Shown: positions 8,759 through 18,373 of the stretch, piece after piece | Layout of the letters: each line of letters begins with the position of its first letter | How positions within the stretch are numbered: position 1 is the first letter of the stretch | Assembly (NCBI GenBank): GCA_964573245.1 | Contig: CAZNJA010000007.1 | Span: 2,581-42,224 of the forward strand | DNA: 39,644 nt | DNA from: an uncultured bacterium | Lineage (GTDB): Bacteria > CAIJMQ01 | Direction: 5' to 3' | Notes under the pieces: generated by a model | The model's input: only the letters and a program-made list of their open reading frames with translations | Told to the model about the DNA's origin: nothing | Database searches by the model: none | Made by a program: the position numbers and the translations under genes

Positions 8759-9625
8759 TTATTCTTTCTTCTTTCCCTTAAGCGGCAATACTCCTGCCAA
8801 TTCGCCTATCACATTAACTAATTCTGAATCTGTGGGAACAACTACTTTCGCATTATTTCTTAAGGAAACCTCAACGGCTTCAAGTTTTCTTAAAAGTTGA
8901 GCATTGCCGACAAAATATTTTTCTGCGGCTTCATTCACTAATTTTATTGCTTCGGCTTCACCTGTGGCTTGTAAAATCCGCGCCTGTTTAACACCCTCCG
9001 CTTTCTTGATCTCTGCTCTCTTTTCGCCGTCTGCTACGGTTTCTCTGGCTGTAGCATAATCAACAGCAGCTATCTTTTCATTCTCGGCTTTTACCACTTT
9101 ATTCATAGTTTCCTGCACATCTTTTGGGGGGTCTATTTCTTTTAATTCGGTGCGGACAATGGTAATACCCCAGTTTTTAGTCTCTTCAAGAAGCGTTCTA
9201 TGCAATTCGGAATTTATTTTCCCCCTTTCACTATTAGCAGATTTTAAAGTTAGTGTTCCGATAATATTTCTTAAGGTAGTGCGCGCAAGGTTAACTATCT
9301 GATATTTATAAACGTTAACATTATACTGGGAGTTTCTTACATGCTCTTCATCCGGATTAACTTTAAAATAAACCTGGGCGTCCACTCTGGCATTTAAATT
9401 ATCGTTGGTAATAATTTCCTGCGGTTCTGCATCAATCATTTGTTCTGTTACGTTTACAAGATAAATCTTTTCGATAACAGGCATAACCCAGTTGAAACCC
9501 GGGCTTGCAAAACGGTTATATCTACCTAATCTTTCAACCAATCCTCTAGTCGTGGGACGGACTATGCGGATACCGATTAAAAATATAAAAATCACTATAC
9601 CCAAAAAAATAGTAAAACCATTCAT
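8759..9625 (-). CDS. SPFH/Band-7 (stomatin-like) protein
   Basis: N-terminal TM, GLVERLGRY, QEIITNDN...VDAQVY, TTLRNIIG, C-terminal coiled coil. Confidence 0.93.
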   Translation of the reverse strand: MNGFTIFLGIVIFIFLIGIRIVRPTTRGLVERLGRYNRFASPGFNWVMPVIEKIYLVNVTEQMIDAEPQEIITNDNLNARVDAQVYFKVNPDEEHVRNSQYNVNVYKYQIVNLARTTLRNIIGTLTLKSANSERGKINSELHRTLLEETKNWGITIVRTELKEIDPPKDVQETMNKVVKAENEKIAAVDYATARETVADGEKRAEIKKAEGVKQARILQATGEAEAIKLVNEAAEKYFVGNAQLLRKLEAVEVSLRNNAKVVVPTDSELVNVIGELAGVLPLKGKKKE

Positions 9626-9786
9626 AATCTAACCTCCTTTTTGGTTATTGATATTTTAGTTTATGGCATTATTCATTAACAAATCTATACCTTAACCTAC
9701 TAAAAATCAAATAAGACTTTAAATCTTTTATTTATTCTTATCGGCTTCAAGTTTTGGTTCGTTTAAGTTGCCATTTATTCTGCCGG

Positions 9787-10260
9787 CTATCTTCTGCAAA
9801 TTTTCACCTCATTAGCCAGAAAAGAAAAAATGATTAAAACTGTCCCCGTTAAAAGTTCGGCCCCTATCAGTAAAAGGAGACTTGCCTTTTCAGGAGAAGA
9901 AAATTTAGGAATGGCAATAAGAACATTGGAAATAAATACTATCAACAGTTCAATCCCCAAAACTCGCAAAACACGTTTAAAAAAGACATTTTTGATAAGC
10001 CCCTTATAAAAATAATCTTGGACAAAAACAATAAACCCCAATATTGCGACCCCAACAACTACAACAAAAACTTTGTCAAATAACGTTGCGACAGCTTGTC
10101 CTATCCATTCGTTTAAAACAAAATTAAAGAATAACATGCGCAAGACTGTCCTTGCCATAAAAAAGATAACAATCCCAAAGACTACGCTTAGGGCCCAAGA
10201 TAAGTAAAATAAAACTGTATGGTACCACTTTATTCTTTTATCCAAGCCTAACTCATCCAT
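9787..10260 (-). CDS. Hypothetical 4-TM membrane protein
   Basis: 157-aa ORF with four hydrophobic segments. Confidence 0.7.
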   Translation of the reverse strand: MDELGLDKRIKWYHTVLFYLSWALSVVFGIVIFFMARTVLRMLFFNFVLNEWIGQAVATLFDKVFVVVVGVAILGFIVFVQDYFYKGLIKNVFFKRVLRVLGIELLIVFISNVLIAIPKFSSPEKASLLLLIGAELLTGTVLIIFSFLANEVKICRR

Positions 10261-10271
10261 TGCGCTTGCAA

Positions 10272-10300
10272 GTGACTACACGGATAAATTTCCGTATAAT
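10272..10300 (+). promoter_or_regulatory. Putative waaF promoter with a palindrome in the spacer
   Basis: GTGACT-17-TATAAT; TACACGGA-TAAATT-TCCGTATA inverted repeat. Confidence 0.4.
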
Positions 10301-10346
10301 GCAAGTGTATTCTACTATATTGAAAATATAAATACTAAAGCGAAAA

Positions 10347-11342
10347 ATGAAAATTATCGTCCGCAGTCCGAACTGGATAGGAGACGCTGTTCTTTGCTTA
10401 TCAAGCATCGCATATATCAAAGAAAAAATACCTCAAGCCCATATTGCAATTCTTGCGAAAAATTGGGTTAAAGACATTTTTTTAAATCACCCCGCGGTTG
10501 ACGAGATTATTTCGCTTGATAAATCTAAGACCGCCCTCATCAGGGAAATAAAAAAACGAAATTTTTATACGGGTGTGCTTTTCACAAACTCTTTTTCTTC
10601 GGCTTTTTTGTTCTTTATTGCCGGTGTCAAGAAACGAATTGGGTATAAAACTGACCTAAGAAGCATTTTCTTAACGGACGGTTTTACGCTTCCTAAAAAT
10701 TTAGAAAAACTTCACCAGAGGGATTATTATTTTGAAATAGCAAAAAAAATAATTCCGGAGAATGGAACCCCTAAAAATCCAATCCTTTATCTCACTGAAA
10801 AAGAAACAGAAAGAGCCCATTCTATTTTGAAAGATTTCGATATTTCAGGTGGGACAAAAATCATCGGCATATTCCCCGGCGCAAGTTATGGACCGGCAAA
10901 AATGTGGGGCGTGGACAAATTCAAATTACTTGCGAAAGAGATTACAAAAAATAAAAACGCAAACGTTTTGGTTTTTGGTGGAAATAAAGAAAAAGAATTG
11001 GCAAATAAAATACAAAACAAAACAGACAGTATAATCAATCTGTGTGGGAAAACTACGGTAAGAGAACTGATGGCTTTGATAAAAAGATGTAATGTTTTTA
11101 TAACAAACGATACTGGCCCGATGCATATAGCTTCGGCTTTGAATGTTCCGATAATTGCTATTTTTGGTCCCACGAATCCCGACAGAACTTCGCCGCTGGG
11201 AGCTTCTGCCATCATTAAGAAAGAGGTGAACTGTGCCCCATGTAAGCACAGAATCTGCCCCCTTAAAAATCATGAGTGCATGGAAAAAGTAAGCGTCGAA
11301 GAGGTTCTTAAAGCAGTAGAAAATATACTTAGAAAATTATAA
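10347..11342 (+). CDS. waaF: Lipopolysaccharide heptosyltransferase II (GT9)
   Basis: PNWIGDAV, PGASYGPAKMW, TNDTGPMHIA, IFGPT. Confidence 0.9.
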   Translation: MKIIVRSPNWIGDAVLCLSSIAYIKEKIPQAHIAILAKNWVKDIFLNHPAVDEIISLDKSKTALIREIKKRNFYTGVLFTNSFSSAFLFFIAGVKKRIGYKTDLRSIFLTDGFTLPKNLEKLHQRDYYFEIAKKIIPENGTPKNPILYLTEKETERAHSILKDFDISGGTKIIGIFPGASYGPAKMWGVDKFKLLAKEITKNKNANVLVFGGNKEKELANKIQNKTDSIINLCGKTTVRELMALIKRCNVFITNDTGPMHIASALNVPIIAIFGPTNPDRTSPLGASAIIKKEVNCAPCKHRICPLKNHECMEKVSVEEVLKAVENILRKL

Positions 11343-11413
11343 GCATTGCGTTTTGCGCCTTGCACACAATGCTGTTTTAAATATATAATTGCAAAATAAA
11401 CTTTCGAAAGAAA

Positions 11414-12676
11414 ATGGATAAAATCATAATTGACGGGCCCTGCCAATTAAAAGGGAAAGTAAAAGTATCGGGAGCAAAAAATTCCACCCTTCCATTAATG
11501 GCAGCATGTCTACTGTCCCCTTCCAAATTCGTGCTGAGAAATATCCCTCCGGTAGCCGACGCACACACAATGGTAAAACTGCTTTCTGCACTCGGCGCAA
11601 AAACAAAATGGCTGGACGAAAACGCAATATCCATAGATTCCACAAATATAAACACTTGGAAAGCGCCATACCAGATAGTCAGCAAAATGAGAGCATCCGT
11701 TTGCGTTTTGGGGCCGCTTATGGCAAGGTTCAAGAAAGCGGAAGTGTCGTATCCCGGCGGATGCGTAATAGGCACTCGCCCCATCGATTTGCACTTAAAG
11801 GGGCTGACAAAACTGGGCGCTAACATAGAATTAAAAGACGGTTATGTAACAGCCAGCGCAAAAGAATTAAACGGTTCGGCAATATACCTGGCAGGAGTTT
11901 ACGGTTCCACCGTCTTAGGGACGGCGAATATATTGATGGCCGCAACACTGGCAAAAGGCGAAACGATAATAGAGGGCGCTGCCTGCGAACCGGAGGTCGT
12001 GGATTTGGGAAATTTTCTCATTAAAATGGGGGCAAAAATAGAAGGGCTGGGAGGCCCTACAATAACTATAAAAGGCGTAAAAGAACTGCACGGAGCCGAA
12101 CATACCATTATAAACGACAGGATAGAAGCAGGAACATATTTAATCGGCGGAATTATATCCCGAGGAGAAGTGGAAGTCGAAAACATAAATCCAAAATTTT
12201 TGACGGTATTTATAGATAAACTGATTGAGTGCGGTGTTAAAGTCGAACAAACGGCAAAAAGCGTCAAGGTAAAAGCAGGAGACAATCTTAAATCTTTGGA
12301 AATCACCACACTTCCCTATCCGGGTTTTCCAACTGACTTACAAGCGCAAATGACAGCTTTTCTCACGACAATTCCCGGGATATCGTTCGTTCACGAGAAA
12401 ATATATCCTGACAGATTTATGTACGCAGCTGAACTTTTGCGTATGGGTGCGAAAATCATGCGTGAAGGCGCGACAACGATGATTCAAGGCGGGCAGTTAA
12501 TAGGAGCGCCCGTGATGGCTTCCGACTTACGGGCTTCAGCCGCCTTAGTTTTGGCAGGACTCGCGGCAAAAGGAAGGACAGAAGTAAACAGAGTCTATCA
12601 TATAGATAGAGGTTATCCGAAAATAGACAAAAAGTTGGCTTCTTTAGGCGCAAAAATAAAAAGAGTAAAAGCATGA
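11414..12676 (+). CDS. murA: UDP-N-acetylglucosamine 1-carboxyvinyltransferase
   Basis: SGAKN, PGGCVIGTRPIDLH (catalytic Cys), PYPGFPTDLQ, DLRASA, HIDRGY. Confidence 0.98.
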   Translation: MDKIIIDGPCQLKGKVKVSGAKNSTLPLMAACLLSPSKFVLRNIPPVADAHTMVKLLSALGAKTKWLDENAISIDSTNINTWKAPYQIVSKMRASVCVLGPLMARFKKAEVSYPGGCVIGTRPIDLHLKGLTKLGANIELKDGYVTASAKELNGSAIYLAGVYGSTVLGTANILMAATLAKGETIIEGAACEPEVVDLGNFLIKMGAKIEGLGGPTITIKGVKELHGAEHTIINDRIEAGTYLIGGIISRGEVEVENINPKFLTVFIDKLIECGVKVEQTAKSVKVKAGDNLKSLEITTLPYPGFPTDLQAQMTAFLTTIPGISFVHEKIYPDRFMYAAELLRMGAKIMREGATTMIQGGQLIGAPVMASDLRASAALVLAGLAAKGRTEVNRVYHIDRGYPKIDKKLASLGAKIKRVKA

Positions 12677-13926
12677 GAGTATTAAAAGAGAGTAAAAGGA
12701 TAAAGAATAAAACCACAGAAATTAAAGAACTGGGAATCGTAAAAAATATAATTTCTGAAGTAAAAGAAAAAGGCGACAAGGCTTTACGGGGATTTACTTT
12801 TAAATTCGATAAAATTGATATATCTTCTTTCAAAGTAAGCGCGCAGGAAATAAGAAACGCCGAAAAAAAATTGGACAAAAATTTTATAAAAGCGGTAAAA
12901 AAGGCAAAAGAAAGGATAGAACGTTTCCACAGAATACAAAAAGAAAGATTCAAGGACTGGCAGCAAGAAAAAGACGGAATTCTAACGGGCGAAATGTTTA
13001 GACCCTTGCAAAAAGTAGGAGTGTATGTTCCGGCAGGAAAAGCTCCTCTGCCGTCCTCTCTTTTGATGGGAGCAATCCCAGCCCAGATAGCAGGTGTAGA
13101 AAGAATAGTTATTGTGACGCCGCCTCAAAAGAATGGCTTTGTTGAACCCCATATACTCGCAGTAGCTAGTCTTTTGCACTTGAAAGAAATATATAAGGTC
13201 GGCGGGGCGCAAGCGATAGCTGCACTTTCTTACGGCACGGAAACTGTTCCGAAAGTGGACAAGATAGTCGGCCCCGGAAATCTTTATGTTACTTTGGCAA
13301 AGAAATTACTTTACGGAGAAGTCGGGATAGACATTTTGGCAGGTCCTTCCGAAGTAACAATCGTTGCCGACGATACCGCAAAAGCAGAATTCGTTGCATA
13401 CGACCTCCTATCCCAAACCGAGCATGGTCCACACTCTCCTGCAATATTGTTATCATCATCTGAAAAATTATGTAAGGAGGTAGAGAAAAAAATTAGAGTT
13501 ATTCTTTTAACTTGCGATGAGCATACAAAAAAATCTTGGCAGGATAATGGAGGAATTTATTTGGTCGAAAACTTAGAAGAAGCGTTTATAGAAGTCAATA
13601 AATCAGCGCCAGAACATCTGATTCTTGCAATTAAAAACCCTCATGCATCATTAGACAAAATAAAAAGTGCAGGCACGATATTCCTGGGGAATTATGCTCC
13701 TGTGACGCTTGGAGATTACATAGCAGGCCCCAATCACATATTGCCTACTTCCCAAACGGGGAGATGGGATTCTTCTTTAGGTATAAAAGATTTTTTGAAA
13801 TGTATTAATGTAGTCTCTGCCAATAAATCCTCGCTGGAGAAATTTGAACCCTTGTTAAAATCATTAACGGATGCTGAGAAGTTAAAATATCATTTTCAGG
13901 CAGTAAAAATAAGGAATAAAAATTAA
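12673..13926 (+). CDS. hisD: Histidinol dehydrogenase
   Basis: GVYVPAG, GGAQAIAAL, KIVGPGN, AGPSE, APEHL, GPNHILPT. Confidence 0.95.
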   Translation: MRVLKESKRIKNKTTEIKELGIVKNIISEVKEKGDKALRGFTFKFDKIDISSFKVSAQEIRNAEKKLDKNFIKAVKKAKERIERFHRIQKERFKDWQQEKDGILTGEMFRPLQKVGVYVPAGKAPLPSSLLMGAIPAQIAGVERIVIVTPPQKNGFVEPHILAVASLLHLKEIYKVGGAQAIAALSYGTETVPKVDKIVGPGNLYVTLAKKLLYGEVGIDILAGPSEVTIVADDTAKAEFVAYDLLSQTEHGPHSPAILLSSSEKLCKEVEKKIRVILLTCDEHTKKSWQDNGGIYLVENLEEAFIEVNKSAPEHLILAIKNPHASLDKIKSAGTIFLGNYAPVTLGDYIAGPNHILPTSQTGRWDSSLGIKDFLKCINVVSANKSSLEKFEPLLKSLTDAEKLKYHFQAVKIRNKN

Positions 13927-13943
13927 AAAAGGAGGGTAATAAT

Positions 13944-14651
13944 ATGAATAATTTAGTAAGAGGCAGGATTATTTTATTAATCCTTGCTTTTGGCGTTCTA
14001 GTATCAACGACGGCTTTTGCTCAAACAAAAGGTGAACTTACAGCAAGAATTGAAAGAGCTCAAGAGTATTTCGAGGATATTATGGAAGCACCGGATACCG
14101 CTATCCCAGAAGCACTCATGAGGAATTGTCACGGGGTCATAATTCTGCGTCAGTATAAAGCAGGATTTATTTTCGGCGTAAAAGGGGGCCAGGGAATAGT
14201 GCTCATAAAAGACAAAAACACAAACGAGTGGAGTCCTCCGGCATTCATAAAAACAGGCGAAGGAAGCTTTGGACTACAGATAGGCGGCCAGTCAATTGAT
14301 TCTATTTTTCTGATTATGAATGAGGACGGCATGGAAATGTTAAACAAAACTAAATTCAAGATTGGTTTGGATGCTTCAGCAGCCGTTGGTCCGGTAGGAA
14401 GAGATGCAGAAGTCAAGGTTAGCCCTGGGACAGCCATACTCGTATATTCAAGAGCAAAGGGACTGTATGCAGGAGCATCGTTCGAGGGCGGAATACTCTT
14501 AAGGGATGATATTGCCAATAGAAAGTTTTACAATATGGAAGACATTACAATCCAAAATATTCTTTTTGAGAACAAGGTGAAAATGCCCGACGAGGCAAAA
14601 CCTTTGGTGTCTGTGCTTAATGAATATATGGGCAAAGCCAAAGAAAAATAA
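13944..14651 (+). CDS. Secreted lipid-binding SYLF/Ysc84 domain protein
   Basis: Signal peptide; KAGFIFG..GGQG, WSPP, GSFGLQIGGQ, AAVGPVGR, YSRAKGLYAG. Confidence 0.9.
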   Translation: MNNLVRGRIILLILAFGVLVSTTAFAQTKGELTARIERAQEYFEDIMEAPDTAIPEALMRNCHGVIILRQYKAGFIFGVKGGQGIVLIKDKNTNEWSPPAFIKTGEGSFGLQIGGQSIDSIFLIMNEDGMEMLNKTKFKIGLDASAAVGPVGRDAEVKVSPGTAILVYSRAKGLYAGASFEGGILLRDDIANRKFYNMEDITIQNILFENKVKMPDEAKPLVSVLNEYMGKAKEK

Positions 14652-14668
14652 AAAGTGAATAAAAAATT

Positions 14669-15016
14669 ATGGTCGAAAAAATAGTAATCGAAAAAAGCGA
14701 GTTCCTTTTACTTTTGCTTAGCATGGGTATTCTGATTTTTTTAGCGGGCAATGCTTCAAAATTCAGGCAAATTCAACACTCTAAAACTTTGATTATAAGT
14801 TTTTTAATATTCTTTGTGGGATGGGTCGTAACCGTCCTCGAAGGGTTTTTCTGGGAATCAATTCTAAATCCTATAGAGCATATATGTTATATAGTGGGCG
14901 CTGTATTTTTAGCAATATGGTGCCGGAAAATTTTATGCAAATTTCCTAATGCCAACCGTTTTAAACCAGCGTCAAAGCAGCCAGAACGCGAAACAAAGAA
15001 TAAGGAGCCTCAATAG
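14669..15016 (+). CDS. Small 3-TM membrane protein, translationally coupled to the HD-GYP gene
   Basis: Three hydrophobic helices; its TAG overlaps the GTG start of the next gene. Confidence 0.75.
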   Translation: MVEKIVIEKSEFLLLLLSMGILIFLAGNASKFRQIQHSKTLIISFLIFFVGWVVTVLEGFFWESILNPIEHICYIVGAVFLAIWCRKILCKFPNANRFKPASKQPERETKNKEPQ

Positions 15017-17016
15017 TGGAGCACATAATAAGTTATCTGGATATTGTTTCTCTTTTGATAGTTTTTACAACATTTGTAATATTTGCGATCAGGCACAAGC
15101 GCTTTTTACATCCAGGGGTTAAGTTTTTCTTTGCGGGTCTTCTTTTCCTAATATTTTTTTACAACTTCTGTAATATCTTCGAGTGGACAAAAGTAAATAA
15201 AGCCCAAATAAATGATGCATTTGACGTTTACGGAGACTATTTGGGAGTATTAATACCAATGATGTGGGCATCCCTTTTCTATGCCCTCTTACAAGAATCA
15301 ACGGAAAACGAACTAAAAAGCCGTGATTTAAGGTTCAAAGAATTATTTAACGGGGCTCCCGTGGGTTATCATGAAATAGACACGAAAGGACGAATTATTC
15401 GTGTCAACCACACAGAATTACAAATGCTCGGATATACACTTCAAGAAGTGAAGAGACGCTATATATGGGATTTTACGGAAAATCCCGAACTCTCACATCA
15501 AGCCGTGATAAAAAAAACCAGAGGGGATATATCACCTGGTCACAGTTTCGAGCGCGTGTATCTACACAAAAATGGAACAAGAATACCTGTTTTAATCGAA
15601 GACAAAATATTGACGGATCAAAGGGGAAGAATCACGGGGATTCGCTCGACCATTCAAAATATAACCAATTACAGACGCGCGATTGAAGAACTAAAAGGAA
15701 GCGAAGAACTTAACAGGGCCCTATTTGAATATAACCCCATCGAGACCATAGTAGTCAATACCAAAGGAAAAATAACAGATTTTAATTTGGCAAAGAAAAT
15801 ATCAGGTAGCAGATTGCCCAATAAAGGCGATATTATGTATAAAGATTATGCGGGAGAACACGAAATCAACATGCATGCTGAACTGATGAATTGCATCCGT
15901 TCAAGAAAAACAAAAACTTTCCCTGCTCAGAAATATAAAGGTAAAATTCTCACAATAACAATAGCGCCTTTCCCAAAAGGAGCCATAATAACATCACAGG
16001 ACATCACCGAACGTAAATTTGTGGAAGAAGCCCTAAGAACAAGCGAAGAACGATACAGAGAATTATGGGACAACGCACCTGTCGCCTATCACATATTGGA
16101 TACAAAAGGAATTATTACTAGCGTCAACCACACCGAAGCAAAAATGCTTGAATATAAACCCGAACAAATGCTCGGGAAACCCATATTTGATTTTATATTG
16201 CCGGAGCAAAGAACGGAAGCAAAAAAAAGATTCCTGCAAAAATTAGAAGGCAAACACATCCCTGAAGCCAGAGACCGAATATACGTTACAAAAACCGGTA
16301 AAAAAATACACGTTACAATCGATGAAGTGTGGGAATACGACGAAAACGAAAAAATTATCGGGGTCAGAACCACAATGCTGGATATAACCGACCGTAAAAA
16401 AGCCGAAGAAGCATTGGCTAGAAGTTACAAGCAAATGCAAAAAAGTTTTGAGGAAACGATAACGGCATTGGCATCCGCGATGGAAACAAGAGATTTATAC
16501 ACTGCTGGGCATCAAAGAAGAGTCACAGAGCTTGCCAGCGCCATAGCAAAAGATATGGAACTCCCAAACGACAAAATTGACGCAATACGAATGGCAGGGC
16601 TTGTTCACGACATCGGCAAAATAGCAATCCCCGCAGAAATTCTCGGTAAACCCTCGAAGTTAAGCAAAACAGAGATGGACTTAGTTAAAACGCATTCGAA
16701 AGTAGGCTATGATATATTAAAAAACGTAGAATTTCCTTGGCCTGTGGCAAAAATAGTTCTTCAACATCATGAAAGAATAAATGGCTCCGGTTATCCAAAA
16801 GGATTACAAGGAGACGAAATACTTTTAGAAGCAAAGATTTTAGGCGTAGCCGATGTCGTTGAAGCGATTGCCACTTATAGACCTTACCATGAATTTTTTG
16901 GCATAGACGTAGCATTGGAAGAAATTTCGAAAAACAAAGGAATTTTATATGACCCCCAAGTAGCAGATGTTTGCGTGAAACTGTTCAGAGAAAAAAGATT
17001 TAAATTTAAAAATTAA
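15016..17016 (+). CDS. 3TM-PAS-PAS-PAS-HD-GYP cyclic di-GMP phosphodiesterase
   Basis: AAGGAG RBS with GTG start; PAS repeats (APVGYHEIDTKG, APVAYHILDTKG); YTAGHQRRV, HDIGK, HHERINGSGYP, ADVVEA. Confidence 0.92.
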   Translation: MEHIISYLDIVSLLIVFTTFVIFAIRHKRFLHPGVKFFFAGLLFLIFFYNFCNIFEWTKVNKAQINDAFDVYGDYLGVLIPMMWASLFYALLQESTENELKSRDLRFKELFNGAPVGYHEIDTKGRIIRVNHTELQMLGYTLQEVKRRYIWDFTENPELSHQAVIKKTRGDISPGHSFERVYLHKNGTRIPVLIEDKILTDQRGRITGIRSTIQNITNYRRAIEELKGSEELNRALFEYNPIETIVVNTKGKITDFNLAKKISGSRLPNKGDIMYKDYAGEHEINMHAELMNCIRSRKTKTFPAQKYKGKILTITIAPFPKGAIITSQDITERKFVEEALRTSEERYRELWDNAPVAYHILDTKGIITSVNHTEAKMLEYKPEQMLGKPIFDFILPEQRTEAKKRFLQKLEGKHIPEARDRIYVTKTGKKIHVTIDEVWEYDENEKIIGVRTTMLDITDRKKAEEALARSYKQMQKSFEETITALASAMETRDLYTAGHQRRVTELASAIAKDMELPNDKIDAIRMAGLVHDIGKIAIPAEILGKPSKLSKTEMDLVKTHSKVGYDILKNVEFPWPVAKIVLQHHERINGSGYPKGLQGDEILLEAKILGVADVVEAIATYRPYHEFFGIDVALEEISKNKGILYDPQVADVCVKLFREKRFKFKN

Positions 17017-17049
17017 AAACCCTCAACACACAAATTAAGGAATATAAAA

Positions 17050-18330
17050 ATGAACTATTTCAATTTTCAAAACGGCCATCTTTACTGTGAAGACATTCCG
17101 GTAAAAGATATCGCGGAAAAAATAGGAACACCGACTTTTATATATTCTTCGGCAACAATTAACCATCATTTGGGACTTTTCGAAGAAGCGTTCCAGGATT
17201 ATCCGCATCTTTTATGTTATTCCATGAAAGCTAATCCCAACTTAAGTATTCTTGCCATAATTGCAAAAAGGGGTTGGGGAGTTGACATTGTTTCAGGGGG
17301 AGAGCTCTTTAGAGCACTCAAGGCAGGCATTAACCCTAAAAAAATAGTTTTTGCGGGCGTGGGAAAAACTGAAGAAGAAATAGAAGAAGCAATAGATGCG
17401 GGCATATTCTTAATAAATGTGGAATCTGAAGAGGAACTGAAAACAATAAACAAAATAGGCAAAAAACGAGATAAAGAGGTCTCTATTGCGCTTAGAATAA
17501 ACCCCGAAATAGAGCCTGGAACACATCACCATATCGCCACCGGCAAAAAAGGGACAAAGTTTGGACTTTCGTTTGAACAGGCAAAAGATACTTTCTCAAA
17601 ACTGGAAGGACTGAAAAATATAAAAATGGAAGGGTTACACATGCACATTGGCTCGCAAATAACTTCCATCAAGCCGTATGAAGAAGCGCTTAATAAAATG
17701 GCGAATTTTATAGAAGAATTAAAACAAAAAAATATTTTTCTTCAGTGGCTGAATATCGGCGGAGGCATGGGCATAATTTACAAAGAGGAAACTCCTCCTT
17801 CTCCTTCGGAATTTGCCAAAAGGATTTTGCCGATAGTACGAAAAACAGAATGTAAATTAATCATAGAACCCGGGCGATTCATAGTGGGAAACTCAGGGAT
17901 ACTCATAAGCAAGGTTTTACGCGTGAAAAAACGCGAGGATAAAAATTTTATAATAGTGGATGCGGGAATGGACAATTTGATAAGAGTGGCTCTTTACGAC
18001 GCGCACCATGAAATTCTACCTGAAGAACAAAAGGAAGGAAAAATGAATGCGGATGTGGTGGGACCCGTATGCGAAAGTGGAGATTTCTTCGCAAAAAACA
18101 GGCAACTTCCGCCTTTTAAAGAAGGCGATTACCTTGCCATTGCAAGCGCGGGCGCATATAGCTTCAGCATGTCTTCGAATTACAATTCACGCCCCAGAGC
18201 AGCCGAAGTGCTCGTTGATAACCGAAGATGTTATCTGGTAAGAAGAAGAGAATCTTATTTAGACCTCATACAAGGCGAATCCATATCCCTGCGTTTGGTG
18301 GGCATAGAAAAAAAACGAAAGCTCTTTTAA
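17050..18330 (+). CDS. lysA: Diaminopimelate decarboxylase
   Basis: YSMKANPN, DIVSGGE, HIGSQ, EPGR, GPVCESGD, SNYNSRP. Confidence 0.97.
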   Translation: MNYFNFQNGHLYCEDIPVKDIAEKIGTPTFIYSSATINHHLGLFEEAFQDYPHLLCYSMKANPNLSILAIIAKRGWGVDIVSGGELFRALKAGINPKKIVFAGVGKTEEEIEEAIDAGIFLINVESEEELKTINKIGKKRDKEVSIALRINPEIEPGTHHHIATGKKGTKFGLSFEQAKDTFSKLEGLKNIKMEGLHMHIGSQITSIKPYEEALNKMANFIEELKQKNIFLQWLNIGGGMGIIYKEETPPSPSEFAKRILPIVRKTECKLIIEPGRFIVGNSGILISKVLRVKKREDKNFIIVDAGMDNLIRVALYDAHHEILPEEQKEGKMNADVVGPVCESGDFFAKNRQLPPFKEGDYLAIASAGAYSFSMSSNYNSRPRAAEVLVDNRRCYLVRRRESYLDLIQGESISLRLVGIEKKRKLF

Positions 18331-18373
18331 TTCACCATCCACCGTAATTAGAGCAAGACAAGAAAAAATAATA

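Noticed and set aside
6852-10260. Possible integron cassette array
   Set aside because: No attC-like RYYYAAC...GTTRRRY palindromes between the genes, and no integrase.
17017-17049. Lysine riboswitch upstream of lysA
   Set aside because: The intergenic gap is only 33 bp.
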